64,000 bases of DNA from an uncultured delta proteobacterium (GTDB lineage Bacteria; Desulfobacterota; Binatia; UBA9968). The stretch lies in the NCBI GenBank assembly GCA_963745035.1, contig CAVUVW010000013.1:1184001-1248000 (forward strand). Direction: 5' to 3'. The translations under genes were made by a program, and so were the position numbers. The notes below the pieces were generated by a model, which worked only from the letters and a program-made list of their open reading frames with translations, did not search any database and was not told the DNA's origin. Below, piece by piece: positions 29,943 to 40,696 of the stretch. Numbering within the stretch: position 1 is the first letter of the stretch; every line of letters begins with the position of its first letter.

Positions 29943-31454
29943 ATGCCGCTCAAATTTCATTCGTTACTGGCGAAGAAACCGGCCGCCATGCTGCTTGGGG
30001 AAGCAGACCCGGCGCATGGGCTGCGTCCGGTGCTTGGCCCGCTGCAACTCACCAGCCTGGGAGTGGGCGCGATTATCGGCGCGGGAATTTTCGTGATTAT
30101 CGGCATCGTCGCCAGAGACAAGGCGGGCGCGGCGACGATGCTTTCCTTCGTCGTCGCCGGCACGGCCTGCGCCTTTGCCGCCTTGTGCTACGCGGAGTTT
30201 GCCTCGATGGTGCCCGTGGCCGGCTCGGCGTACACCTACGCCTACGCGACGTTGGGCGAATTACTTGCCTGGATCATCGGCTGGGACCTGTTGCTCGAAT
30301 ACGGCGTCGGCGCGGCCAGCGTGGCGCACGGCTGGTCGCACTACTTCACGGACTTTCTCGCTCTGCTCGGGTTTCATTTACCCGCGGCCTTGACCAATGC
30401 GCCGTTCGACTACGATCCGGCCATCGGCAAGCTCGTGGCGACCGGCGCGGTCATCGACTTACCGGCGCTGCTGATCGCCGCTGTGATCACCGCGGTCCTG
30501 GTCGCGGGCATTCGCGAGAGCGCGGCATGCACGTTTATCATGGTCGTGGTCAAACTTGCGGTCGTCTTTCTGGTCATTGCGATCGGCGCGTTTTTTATCG
30601 ATCCCGCGAACTGGCGGCCGTTCGCTCCGTACGGTTATTCCGGCGTCGGCTTTTTCGGAACGACGATTGCGGGACAGCAGGGGGCCGCCGGCGAGCCGCT
30701 TGGCATGATGGCCGGCGCGGCGATCGTGTTTTACGCCTACATCGGCTTCGATTCGGTCTCGACCCACGCCGAAGAGGCGCGCCATCCGAGCCGCGACGTG
30801 CCCATCGGCATCATCGCCTCGCTCGCGCTCTGCACGGTACTGTACATCGCCGTCGCGGCGGTGTTGACCGGCATGGTGCCCTATCAGGAAATCGCCGTCG
30901 ACGCGCCGCTGGCCAAGGCGTTCAGCCGGGTCGGAATGCCGTGGGCGCACGGGCTCATCTCGTTCGGTGCGCTGACCGGCATCACCTCGGTCCTGATGGT
31001 GCTGATGCTCAGCCAGCCGCGGATCATGCTCGCCATGGCGCGCGACGGACTCCTGCCGGTGCGCTTCTTCGGCGCGATTCATCCGCGCTTTCGCACGCCC
31101 TGGAAATCGACGATCTTGACCGGCACGGTGGTCGGTTTGATGGGCGCATTGCTGCCGCTCCGCGTGCTCGCCGAGCTGGTCAACATCGGCACTCTACTCG
31201 CGTTCGTGATCGTCTGCGCCGCCGTACTGATCATGCGGCGCATCAATCCCGACCTTCCCCGGCCCTTCCGCTGCCCGCTCGTCCCTTTGATCCCGCTTCT
31301 CGGCATCGCCTTCTGCTTCCTGCTGATGTTTTCCCTGCCGGTCGACAACTGGTTGCGGCTGATCATCTGGCTGCTGATCGGTTTCGCCGTGTATTACTTT
31401 TACGGCAGGCATCACAGCGTGTTGCGACGCGCGACGGATACATCGGCCGATTAG
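29943..31454 (+). CDS. APC-family amino acid permease
   Basis: GAIIGAGIF, CYAEFASMVPVAGSAY, YIGFDSVSTHAEE and RPFRCP motifs; start placed at MPLKFH. Confidence 0.92.
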   Translation: MPLKFHSLLAKKPAAMLLGEADPAHGLRPVLGPLQLTSLGVGAIIGAGIFVIIGIVARDKAGAATMLSFVVAGTACAFAALCYAEFASMVPVAGSAYTYAYATLGELLAWIIGWDLLLEYGVGAASVAHGWSHYFTDFLALLGFHLPAALTNAPFDYDPAIGKLVATGAVIDLPALLIAAVITAVLVAGIRESAACTFIMVVVKLAVVFLVIAIGAFFIDPANWRPFAPYGYSGVGFFGTTIAGQQGAAGEPLGMMAGAAIVFYAYIGFDSVSTHAEEARHPSRDVPIGIIASLALCTVLYIAVAAVLTGMVPYQEIAVDAPLAKAFSRVGMPWAHGLISFGALTGITSVLMVLMLSQPRIMLAMARDGLLPVRFFGAIHPRFRTPWKSTILTGTVVGLMGALLPLRVLAELVNIGTLLAFVIVCAAVLIMRRINPDLPRPFRCPLVPLIPLLGIAFCFLLMFSLPVDNWLRLIIWLLIGFAVYYFYGRHHSVLRRATDTSAD

Positions 31455-31643
31455 TATCGCCTGCGCGCCGCCGCCAGATCGGCCAACACTTTCAATCAAC
31501 TACGAAAATCAAAACCGCGGGTTGTAGCCTGACTACCTGTAATCACATGATGACGGCCTTTATCGTAAGCGTTGTCATCTTCCACGCTGACAGATTCACG
31601 TGGCTACTAAATTTTATATGAGGGTAGCAATCTGCGGTGTCGG

Positions 31644-31667
31644 CGATGTAACCGCGAGGTTACATCG
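31644..31667. terminator. Perfect 10-bp hairpin with GCGA loop between convergent genes
   Basis: CGATGTAACC-GCGA-GGTTACATCG; no strong U-tract. Confidence 0.45.
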
Positions 31668-31788
31668 TGTCTCCATTTTATACTCACTCGCCCGACGTAT
31701 TCGGCGCGCGTTGAACGGCATAGACCGAATGCAACGCTCTAATCTCGGCCAAACGTCGATCCTGGCGTTTACGAGCGGTGCGCTGGAT

Positions 31789-33454
31789 TTACCGCCGGTA
31801 TATTTTTTCCGCTTGCTGCTTGGAGACGTAACCGAGCGCTACGTCCCGCTCGACAGCGGCACTTTCACGCTCAGCTGGATGGCCGTAGCCGCCGCCGCCT
31901 GCGGTGAGAAAGGTGACGACTTCACCGCGCTGGACGAGGAAATGGCTGAACTTCCCCGGAAGTTTTTCTCGTTGCCCGTTGCGCTCGATGATCGTCTCAT
32001 TCACCGCGCCCTGGGCGCCGCCGAGCAAGCCCCAAGGCGGGCACTTGATGCGATCGGTGTTGCGGCTCAGGTAAAAATCCTGCAGCGGCGTGACTTTGAC
32101 CTCGACGCCGATGCCGCCCCGAAATTTGCCGGCGCCGCCGCTGTCCGGGCGAAGCGCGTGGCATTGATACATCAGCGGGTAATAAAGCTCTTGCAGCTCG
32201 ATGGGCGTGTTTTTCACGTCGCCCTGGCACATCGATACCGACGCCGCGGTGCCGTCTTCAAACGGACGCCCGCCCCAGCCGCCGCCGATAATATTTTGAC
32301 AGACGTAGCGCCTTCCGGTCTTCGGATTGGCGCCGAAGATTGCGTAGCCGCCCATATCGCCCTTGTGCGCGGCCGGCACGCTCTTCGGCAAAGCCGGCGC
32401 TAGCGCGTGAAAAATGGTATCAAGCACGGTCGGCAGCGATAGACTCCAGCCGCCGATCGGCGCGGGGCGTTTCGCGCTGAGCAGTTTCCCCGGCGGAAGA
32501 ATAACTTTCAAAGCGCGGAAAGAGCCTTCGTTGACTTCGCGGTGCGGCGCGGTCAGTGCTTTGAACGCCACGCGCGCCGCGGCCATGCCGCCGGAAGAGC
32601 CGCAGTTGATGAAACCCGGTACTTGATCGGCGACTTCGGAAAAGTCGATGGCCAGCTCGTCACCGCGCACTTCGACTTTCACCTTGATCGGAATGGTTTT
32701 GTTCATGACCCGGCCGTCGTCGTCGAGGAAAGACGACGCTTCATACATCCCGTCCGGTATGGCGCGCACCGCCTCACGCACCAGTTTGTCGGTCTGGTCC
32801 CAGATCGTCTCGACGGCTTCGAGGAAGACGTTGTCCGCCGTACTTCCGGCAGATCTGCTCGAGCCGTTCTTCACCGGTGCGACAGCATGCGATCTGCGCG
32901 CGCAGATCGCCGAGCGACGATTCCGGAAAGCGAATATTGTCCTCGATCAGGCGCAGCACTTCGGTGTTGGGCCGACCTTCCTTGTAAATTTTCACCGAGC
33001 GAATCTGCAATCCCTCTTCGTAAACGTCGCGGGTGTTGCTCGAGCCGAACCCGGTGCTGCCGCCACCCACGTCGATCCAGTGCGCGCGCACGGCGAGGAA
33101 GCACAGCAGCTTGCCGTCCCAGAAGAACGGCGTGTAGACCACCATATTGTTCAAATGCTGGCCGCAGATCTCGGGATGATTGACGAGAAACACGTCGCCG
33201 GGACGGATGTTTTCCAAGCCGTAGAATTGAACGCCGTCCTCCACGGCAACTCCGAGATCGGCCAGAAAAATCGGCAGCGCGCCCTCGTTCTGCGACATCG
33301 TCCGGCCCTGATGATCGACGATGCTGACGCAATAGTCCTGGACTTCGTAGATCATCATGTTGTACGCCGTGCGCTTGAGCACCGCCGACATTTCGTTGGC
33401 GGCGGCCTTCAGCGCACAGCGAATGATTTCAACGGTGATGGGATCTACAGCCAT
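31789..33454 (-). CDS. Hydantoinase B/oxoprolinase family protein, copy 1 (frameshift near 32840)
   Basis: DPITVEII, HLNN, AHWIDVGG, EEGL, DSGGAGKFRGG and TAGGGGYG motifs across two frames. Confidence 0.9.
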
Positions 33455-33515
33455 AATCGTCAGCTCGATTTTAGACTCATAACACTCTTTCTACTCACGG
33501 CTCACGCCTCTCGCC

Positions 33516-34298
33516 TCACGGCTTTTTCGGCTCCTCTTTCCCTACGTAGGACTGCCGGTAGGTCTGCAACGTTTTGCCGCGCAGCTCGTAAAGAAATTGA
33601 ATGACGCGCTCATTGCTCATGAACTTGTCCTGCTCGTAATGATCGTGATGGACGATTTCTTCGAGCGACCGGCGCACGCCTTCTGAGGGCTGCACGGCGG
33701 GATACCCAATGGGGATGATCAGATAGAGCATCATCAAATCCGGCACGTCCAGCACTTTTTTGAAGGGTTCCTGAACGTGAATCGTCACCCATTGGGTCGC
33801 GAGACCGAGCGACACGGCGGCGAGATGCATGAACGTGCAGGTGTTTGCCAAGCCGTCGGTCAAATGCGACTGATCGCGCCCGAAGGTATGCGCGCCCTGC
33901 ACCGTGCCCCACTGGCGGCGACCGTCGCCGACGACGACGATCAGCGCTGGTGCTTCGGACCAGCCGGCGCCGCGCCGCTGGCGCTCCACCGCTTCATCAG
34001 CCGTCATTTGATAGGCCGGGTGGCGCAGCTCGAATACGCGCTGCTGCTCCATCCAGTAAATGAAATCTGTATTATCTTCCGAGTAGCAGCGGAACAAATC
34101 CTTCTTCACCTTGGGATCTTTGACGACGATGTATTCCCAAGGCTGAGAGTTGGCGCCGGACATGGCCCAGCGTCCGGCTTCGAGAATTTTTTCGACATAA
34201 CCATCCGGGATCGGGTCCGGTTTGAGCTTACGCACGCTCGAACGACGGCGAATGATATCGTACAGAAGATCGTAACCGGGCGTCGACTCTGCATCCAT
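33516..34298 (-). CDS. Nitroreductase family protein (BluB-like), copy 1
   Basis: RRSSVRKLKPDPIP, WAMSGANSQPWE and IPIGYP motifs. Confidence 0.88.
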   Translation of the reverse strand: MDAESTPGYDLLYDIIRRRSSVRKLKPDPIPDGYVEKILEAGRWAMSGANSQPWEYIVVKDPKVKKDLFRCYSEDNTDFIYWMEQQRVFELRHPAYQMTADEAVERQRRGAGWSEAPALIVVVGDGRRQWGTVQGAHTFGRDQSHLTDGLANTCTFMHLAAVSLGLATQWVTIHVQEPFKKVLDVPDLMMLYLIIPIGYPAVQPSEGVRRSLEEIVHHDHYEQDKFMSNERVIQFLYELRGKTLQTYRQSYVGKEEPKKP

Positions 34299-34434
34299 GT
34301 TCGGCCTCCGAAATCACTAAGCTTTGTTGGCGGACTCAATTCTTATAGCCGCCGTTCGATCGCCTGGCAACCCGGGTGGGTGGGGGTCACGTTCACTCCT
34401 ATCCTAGCCTTCCCCGGTCGAACGGGAAGGAACA

Positions 34435-35805
34435 TCAATCGGAGACCTTGAGGAGGGCGAGTAACGACTCCGAAGAGTTGCGCGAGTCCAGCGATTCGAC
34501 TTCTTGAACAACTGAGCGCGTCTTTTCATTTCCGATTACCGGCTCCGCGAGCGACAAGAATTTTTCTTCCACCTCATCGCGCCGCATCGGGTTTCCGCTC
34601 TCCCCTTTCGGGATGATCACTTCTTCCGAGTAGACCTTGCTGCCGGACTTCACGGTCACCCGGCCGGCCCAATACTTGGGAAAATGACGATCGAGCTCCG
34701 CGTTGGCGATCACTTTAACTTTCGCCATGAGATCGTGAACCGCGCCGCTGGTCAAGAATTCCACGTCGAAGGACGCCAGGTTGATTTTGCCTCGCAGCGC
34801 TGTCACCGCCATAACGTACTGCCCGCTCCCCACCGTGGCCGCGTGACTGGCGCTGATTGACGGGCGATCGACCATGCTCGCGTTCGGTGTCGGCACGGCC
34901 AGCTCGATCGCGTCGATCCGCTCCGGCGCCAACCCATACTGCTGAATAATGCGAAGCAACGCCTCGACGCCGGCGTGAAGCTGTCGCGCGCACGGATAAG
35001 GCTTGAGCGCGACTTGCGGCAAGTGAAAGCTTCCGAAGCTCTGCAAGTGTTCCCATTTCGGCTCCTGACAGAGCGTCAGGCAGAAACCGCGTGGATCTTC
35101 GAAAGCGCGCTTCGGCCCGGTGAATCCCTGCTCGGCGGCCAAGAGAGACCTCACACCATTCTGCGCAGCATGACCAAAACTCAGATGGCGCGCCGTGGCA
35201 CCCTCGCTGCCTCCGGTGATCATGCCGCCGCTATGCAGCGCTGCGATACCCAGCGCATTCGCCGTCGGCTCCGCGGACCAATCCAAGAACTTCGCGCCGG
35301 CCGCGGCGACGCCGAAGGCGCCGCACACCGTGCTCGGCCACCAGCCACGCGCAAAAAGCGCTGGAGCGTCGATCGACAGCCCAACCCGAATGACCGTCTC
35401 GTAACCGACGATGGCTGCTTCAAGAAATCTCCGGCCGCTGCCGCTGTATTTCTCTGCCATCGCGAGCAAGGATGGCACGATCATGCCGCCGATACATACT
35501 CCCGCGCCGCCGTGAATATCATCCATCTCACCGCAATGGGCGGCTACCGACATCGCTTGGACAGCGTCGAGATAAGAAGCCCGATGAGCGGTTCCAAAAA
35601 GCGTCGACGGATGCGAAGCGCCGCTCGCGGTGACCGCCAATTCGTAGGCGAGTTTTCCCGGCTCCAGCCGCGTGCCGGCGAGCAGACAACCGATGGAATC
35701 GAGAATATGAAGCTTGGCCGCGTCGATGACTTCTCGAGGAATCTGGCTCAGTTGCAGGGCGACGTTATACGTCGCGAGTTCTTCGCTGAGAGTTGGATCA
35801 GCCAT
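34435..35805 (-). CDS. MmgE/PrpD family protein
   Basis: EMDDIH, AIVGYE, KPYPC and PKGESGNPM...EEKF motifs. Confidence 0.88.
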   Translation of the reverse strand: MADPTLSEELATYNVALQLSQIPREVIDAAKLHILDSIGCLLAGTRLEPGKLAYELAVTASGASHPSTLFGTAHRASYLDAVQAMSVAAHCGEMDDIHGGAGVCIGGMIVPSLLAMAEKYSGSGRRFLEAAIVGYETVIRVGLSIDAPALFARGWWPSTVCGAFGVAAAGAKFLDWSAEPTANALGIAALHSGGMITGGSEGATARHLSFGHAAQNGVRSLLAAEQGFTGPKRAFEDPRGFCLTLCQEPKWEHLQSFGSFHLPQVALKPYPCARQLHAGVEALLRIIQQYGLAPERIDAIELAVPTPNASMVDRPSISASHAATVGSGQYVMAVTALRGKINLASFDVEFLTSGAVHDLMAKVKVIANAELDRHFPKYWAGRVTVKSGSKVYSEEVIIPKGESGNPMRRDEVEEKFLSLAEPVIGNEKTRSVVQEVESLDSRNSSESLLALLKVSD

Positions 35806-35840
35806 TGGCGTCAGTCTTATTTTGTTCCTTCTCCCGTCTA

Positions 35841-35970
35841 AGGCCGTGTCCGAATGTCATTCTGAGGCGGAGCCGAAGAATCTGCTTCTTTGTAGGCTGT
35901 TGAAAAAACAGATGCTTCGCTCGCGCTCAGCATGACATCCCGGTGATTGTGCATCGCAACACAGTCTCTC
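35841..35970. mobile_element. MITE-like non-autonomous element carrying a REP pair
   Basis: Imperfect terminal inverted repeats (AGGCCGTGTC / ACACAGTCTCTC) flanked by TA; internal TGTCATTCTGAG...CTCAGCATGACA; an inverted second copy is at 40579-40690. Confidence 0.6.
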
Positions 35971-36015
35971 TAGAAGGCTAGAATGAGGATTTCCGACAGG
36001 ATGGATGCGAACCGG

Positions 36016-38053
36016 TCAGTTCGTTACGTCGATGACCAAATGACCGAATTCATTCACCTGCATCCTGTCGCCCGGATACACGAGGATGGTCGCCCCGACT
36101 TCTTCAACCACTGCCGGTCCCTCGAGCCGGTCGCCTTCTTTGAACCCGCTGCGCAAATAGATCGGACAGTCCACCGGCTTGTTGTCGAAAATCACCGGAC
36201 GCCGGCCGCGTTCGCCGCGGTCTTCGGGGCGTGAAGCCGAAGCGAGCGGCAATTTATTGTCGAAGCGGCCGAGCGCTGAGAGACGAAGATTGACCATCAT
36301 CACCGGTTCGTTGGGCGCGGAGTGGCCGTAATGCTCCTGATGGAGTTGATCGAAGCGCGCGCGGATACCATTAAAGTCTTTTAATCCGTTTAGGTTCTCG
36401 GTGATCGGCACGGGCAGCGTGTACTCTTGACCACGGTAGCGCATATCGAGAAACCGGCGCAACGCGATCTGCTCGGGCCGAGCGCCTTCCTCGGCCAAGG
36501 TGTCGAGAGCGGATTTTTCCAACAGCGAGAATGCATGCGGCGATCTCCGACCCGCCGGTTTCAGCCAGTTCGCGCACATAAGTTTGGACGTAATCGTGCT
36601 TGAGATCGGCAAGCAGCATGCCCAAGGCGGAAAAATGGGCCGGCATCGGCGGGATGATCACCCGCGGCACTGCCAATTCACGCGCGATGGCGATTGCGTG
36701 CAGCGCCCCGCCCCCGCCGCTCGGCACCAAGACACAATCGCGCGGATCGTAGCCCTTTTCGACAGACACCGCGCGGACGGAAAGCGACATGTTGAAGTTT
36801 GCGATCGTCAAGATTCCCAACGCAGCTTCTTCGACGGACAAACCGAGCGGTTTGGCAATCTTATCGCCGACGGCTTGTGCCGCCTTGTCCCGCTGTAAGC
36901 GCACGCCGCTGCCGAGAAAATACTCCGGATCGATGCGGCCGGCGATGAGATTGGCGTCCGTGACCGTGGGTTCGACGCCGCCTTTGCCGTAGCATGCTGG
37001 ACCCGGAGCCGCGCCGGCGCTTTGCGGGCCGACTTTGAGTCCGCCGGCGGGATCGATCCACGCGATGCTGCCGCCGCCGTTGCCGACTTCCACGATATCG
37101 ACCACCGGCAGCATCATCGGCTGGCCGGAAACATACCCGCCGACGTAGTAGCTGCTCGTGACCTCGGGATGAAAATCTTTGATCAAACTCGATTTGGCCG
37201 TCGTGCCGCCCATATCGAAGGAGATGATATGGCGGCAGTCGAGCGATTCACCAAGGCGCGCCGCCGCGATCACGCCCGCGACCGGACCCGACTCCATCAT
37301 CGTGACCGGCATCTTCTTCGCGGTCTGCGCCGACATCACCCCGCCGTTGGATTGCATGACGCGAAACGTGCCGTCGAAGCCGGAATCGGCCAGCATTTTT
37401 TCCAACGACACCAAATAGCGGTTCACCAGCGGTCCGACGTAAGCATTCAACACCGTCGTCGAGGTGCGCTCGTATTCGCGAAACTCGCGGAGAATCTCGT
37501 GCGACAGAGATGCATAGGCTTGAGGAAATTGCTCGCGCAGCAATACACCGAGACGCTCTTCATGGCTCGCATTCGCGTAGGCGTGCAGCAAGCACACCGC
37601 GACGCTTTCCACGCCGGCGGATTTCAGCGCCGCGATGGTGCGAGCCGCCGAAGCTTCATCGAGCGGCTTCAACACCTCACCGGTGGCATAGAGCCGCTCG
37701 TCGACTTCGAGGCGAAGATCGCGCGGCACCAGCGGCACCGGACGCTTGAAAAAAAGATTGTAGCCTTCGGGCCGATTGCCCCGGCCGATCTCGTACACGT
37801 CGCGAAAGCCTTCGGTGGTGATAAGCCCCGTCCGCGCGCCCTTGCGCTCCAGCACGGCATTGATCGTCACGGTCGAGCCATGCACAAAGAACTCCGCGCC
37901 CGCGACATCGATCTTCGCGCCGCGCAAGCAATCCTGAATCCCGCGCGCAAGATCGTCAGGCGTCGTCAGCGACTTGCTGCGCGACACTTTTCCTTGATCG
38001 TCGACGGCGACCAAGTCCGTAAACGTACCGCCGATATCAACCGCGATTCTCAT
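36016..38053 (-). CDS. Hydantoinase A/oxoprolinase family protein (frameshift near 36535)
   Basis: VDIGGTFTD, REYERTSTT, ESGPVAG, DMGGTT, GPQSAGAAPGPACYG and DMRYRGQ motifs. Confidence 0.92.
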
Positions 38054-38100
38054 GAACCCTTTCTGCAGAATTCAAACCACTTCAACTTGCGAGAGCCTAA

Positions 38101-38175
38101 AAGCAGATCCTTCACCTCGTTCAGGATAACGTTGCGCCCTTGATGTCATTCTGAGCAAAAGCGAAGAATTTGCTT
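38101..38175. repeat. REP-like inverted pair (TGTCATTCTGA...GAAGAATCTGC family)
   Basis: AGCAGATCCTTCACCTCGTTCAGGATAAC and TGTCATTCTGAGCAAAAGCGAAGAATTTGC. Confidence 0.65.
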
Positions 38176-38192
38176 CACAATGCTTTTCTTCC

Positions 38193-39355
38193 TTAACTAT
38201 CGACCAACGACCTCGCCCCGCTTTTCGTCACTTCGAAACTATCGCCGTAAAGAATCACTCTTCCCTCGGTCTGAAGCGTCACGCGCAAGGCCAAGGTCAT
38301 GCCTTCATTCAAAGACCGTCGCACCGACAGACTCGGACCCAACTTCACCCGCATCGCTTTTACTCAAGAACGGCGCCTCCCACTGATTGAGGCCAATGCC
38401 GTTTGCGAGACCGTACACGGAAGCCATGCCGTAGAACTCACCGAGCTCCCGCCGCGCGGTTTCGTCGATCGCCGCCACCGTCCCGTTCGGCTTGAGCTGC
38501 TTCGCCATCGCCGCCACGATCTCCTGAGCTTTGTGATATGCGTTCTCAATCTTCGCGTTGCCGGCCAAGATGAAAGTCCGTCCCGCCTCGGCCCAATAGC
38601 GCTCGTGTTGCACGGCCAAGTAAACCGCCCAGTGATCGCCGAGCGTTGCCGCCTGCTTGAAGCTCGGCGGGTTCAATCTTTTCTCACCGGCGAGTATCCG
38701 GATGTCTTCCGCGCCCTTGTCGCGCGCCAGCCGGTCGATGTCGGCGACGATCTCGTATTCTTTTCTTCCGGGCTTGATAAAACCGCTGGCGCCGTCGCAA
38801 ATCTCCCGCAGCACACGTCCCGCCTCGCGCATGGCGGCCAGCTCTTGCGCGGTCTTCATCAGACGAAGAGGTTGGAGCATCGCATCGCAGTTCTGCCAGC
38901 TCACTTGTGCTAAGGCGCCTTTCATTTCCTCGAGCTGCGGCAATGGGAATCCCTGACCGGAATCCGCCAATCCGATCCGAGCTTTCTCGAGCCCCTTCTC
39001 CTTCAAAAGCTTCGCGCCGTCGCTGCCAACTTGATTCGAAGCGCGCACATCGTCGACCCAGGTCAATGTCTTGGCGAACGGCACATCGCGGCTGCCAATG
39101 TTGAGCAGCACGGAAAGCGCACCTTCGCGCGGCACCACCGCGATGCCGCCTCGCACTTTGGGAAAATAATTGGTCAGATAGCAGAGATCGGCAAAAGAGA
39201 AATTATCGCCGTAGATCACCAGCGCGTCGAGATTGCGCTCGGCCATCCGCTCGCGCACCGCGCGCAAGCGGGATTGAAACAGCTTCCGCCGGCAATTGCT
39301 CCGGATCCCAAGTCGAGCAGCCCCGCTTTAAGACTGAATGTCGTCCAAAGATCAT
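38193..39355 (-). CDS. M24/creatinase-fold protein with degenerate metal site (frameshifts near 39280 and 38308)
   Basis: Creatinase N-domain (LDALVIYG...YLTNY), RLMKTAQEL and IKPGRKEYEI; ANGIGL replaces GHG.G. Confidence 0.75.
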
Positions 39356-39406
39356 CTTCTGCCTCGTCTGATCAATGCGGTTCACGGTTTGAACGTTTTG
39401 AACGTG

Positions 39407-40519
39407 TTAACATTCTTTCACAAACATATCCCACGACGATCGCATCAGCGATTCCGCTTTGGTCTGGCCCATCACCACGGTATCGCCGAGCGTCAAATAT
39501 CCGGTTTCGGGAATATATTGATTCGGGTGAATGATGAACGTCATGCCTTCTTCCAATTTCGTCTTGTTGCCGTCTTCCAAGCTTCCCGGCGCGAACGAGC
39601 CGCAGCCGAGGCCATGGCCGCGCACGCGCATGAATGGCGGACGGCAATAATCCTCGTAACCCGCTTCGATAAACGTACCGTTGATCGCCGCGGCGATATC
39701 GCTCGCCGGCGCGCCGGTGTTTGCCGCCTCCATGCCGAGGCCCATCGCCTTTTTGAGAATCGCATACTTTTCCCGCACCACCGGCGGCGGCTCGCCGAGC
39801 ACCATGGTGCGGCAGATCTGCACGAACAATCCGCCGATGCACGGCGTGATCTCGCCGATGATGATATCGCCTTTCTGCACAATGCGGTCGGTCGCCGGAT
39901 GAAGCGCCTGGTTATGACTGTTGGCAACCACCATGCCGAAGTTGTCTTCGGCGCCGAGCGAGCGCATGCGGTATTCGACGATGGCGGCCAGTTCATATTC
40001 CTTCAAACCGGGCCGGGCCTCCTCGTTCAGCGCGCTGACGCCGGCATCGGCGATCGCCGCGGCTCTTCTCAGTCGCGCCAACTCGAAAGCGCTTTTCGAG
40101 CGCGCCATGTTCTCGATGATGTCTTTGGCGTTGACCGGCGCCTGGCCCAATGATTTCACGATCTCGTCGTGCAGGCCCGCGTGCATCGCCTCCCGGCCGG
40201 CCAAGCCGGCCTTGCCGCTGATGCTCGACACGCGACCCAGAATTCCTTGAACGGCCGGACATCGGACACCCACGACTCTTCCTGCGCGCGCGGAATATCC
40301 CAGGCCGGTGAGATATAGAGTACGGGCGCGTCTTCGAGCGGCACGACGAGCATCGTCTCCGGGCCGACGCTGATGAAGTCGGTGAGATAGGCGACATAGT
40401 TCATGCGCAGGAAATTATGCCGGCCCGAATCGTAGACCAGCAAAGTTTGCAGACCCTTGCTCGCGCATGTCGTGGCGCACTCGCGCCAGTCGTGTTTCGA
40501 ATTCTTGTTGGCCGTCCAT
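39407..40519 (-). CDS. M24/creatinase-like hydrolase (frameshifts near 40450 and 40240)
   Basis: KSAFEL, RPGLKEYEL, GEITP...QICRT, RGHGLG and LEEGMTFIIHPN motifs. Confidence 0.8.
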
Positions 40520-40546
40520 AGTCACCTCGCTCAATTTCTACTTGGA

Positions 40547-40690
40547 GCCCTCACCCTGCCCTCTCCCACCTCGCAGGCGAGAGACTGTGTCGCAATGCCA
40601 CAGACTACCTGGATGTCATGCGGAGCGAAGCGAAGCATCTGTTTAACCAGCGTCTTATGAAAAGCAGATTCTTCGGCTTCGCCTCGGATC
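40547..40690. repeat. CCCTCACCC-type palindrome overlapping an inverted second copy of the 35841 MITE-like element
   Basis: GCCCTCACCCTGCCCTCTCCC...GAGAG followed by GAGACTGTGTCGCAATG...TGTCATGCGGAGCGAAGCGAAGCATCTG...GCAGATTCTTCGGCTTCGCCTC. Confidence 0.65.
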
Positions 40691-40696
40691 CACGAT

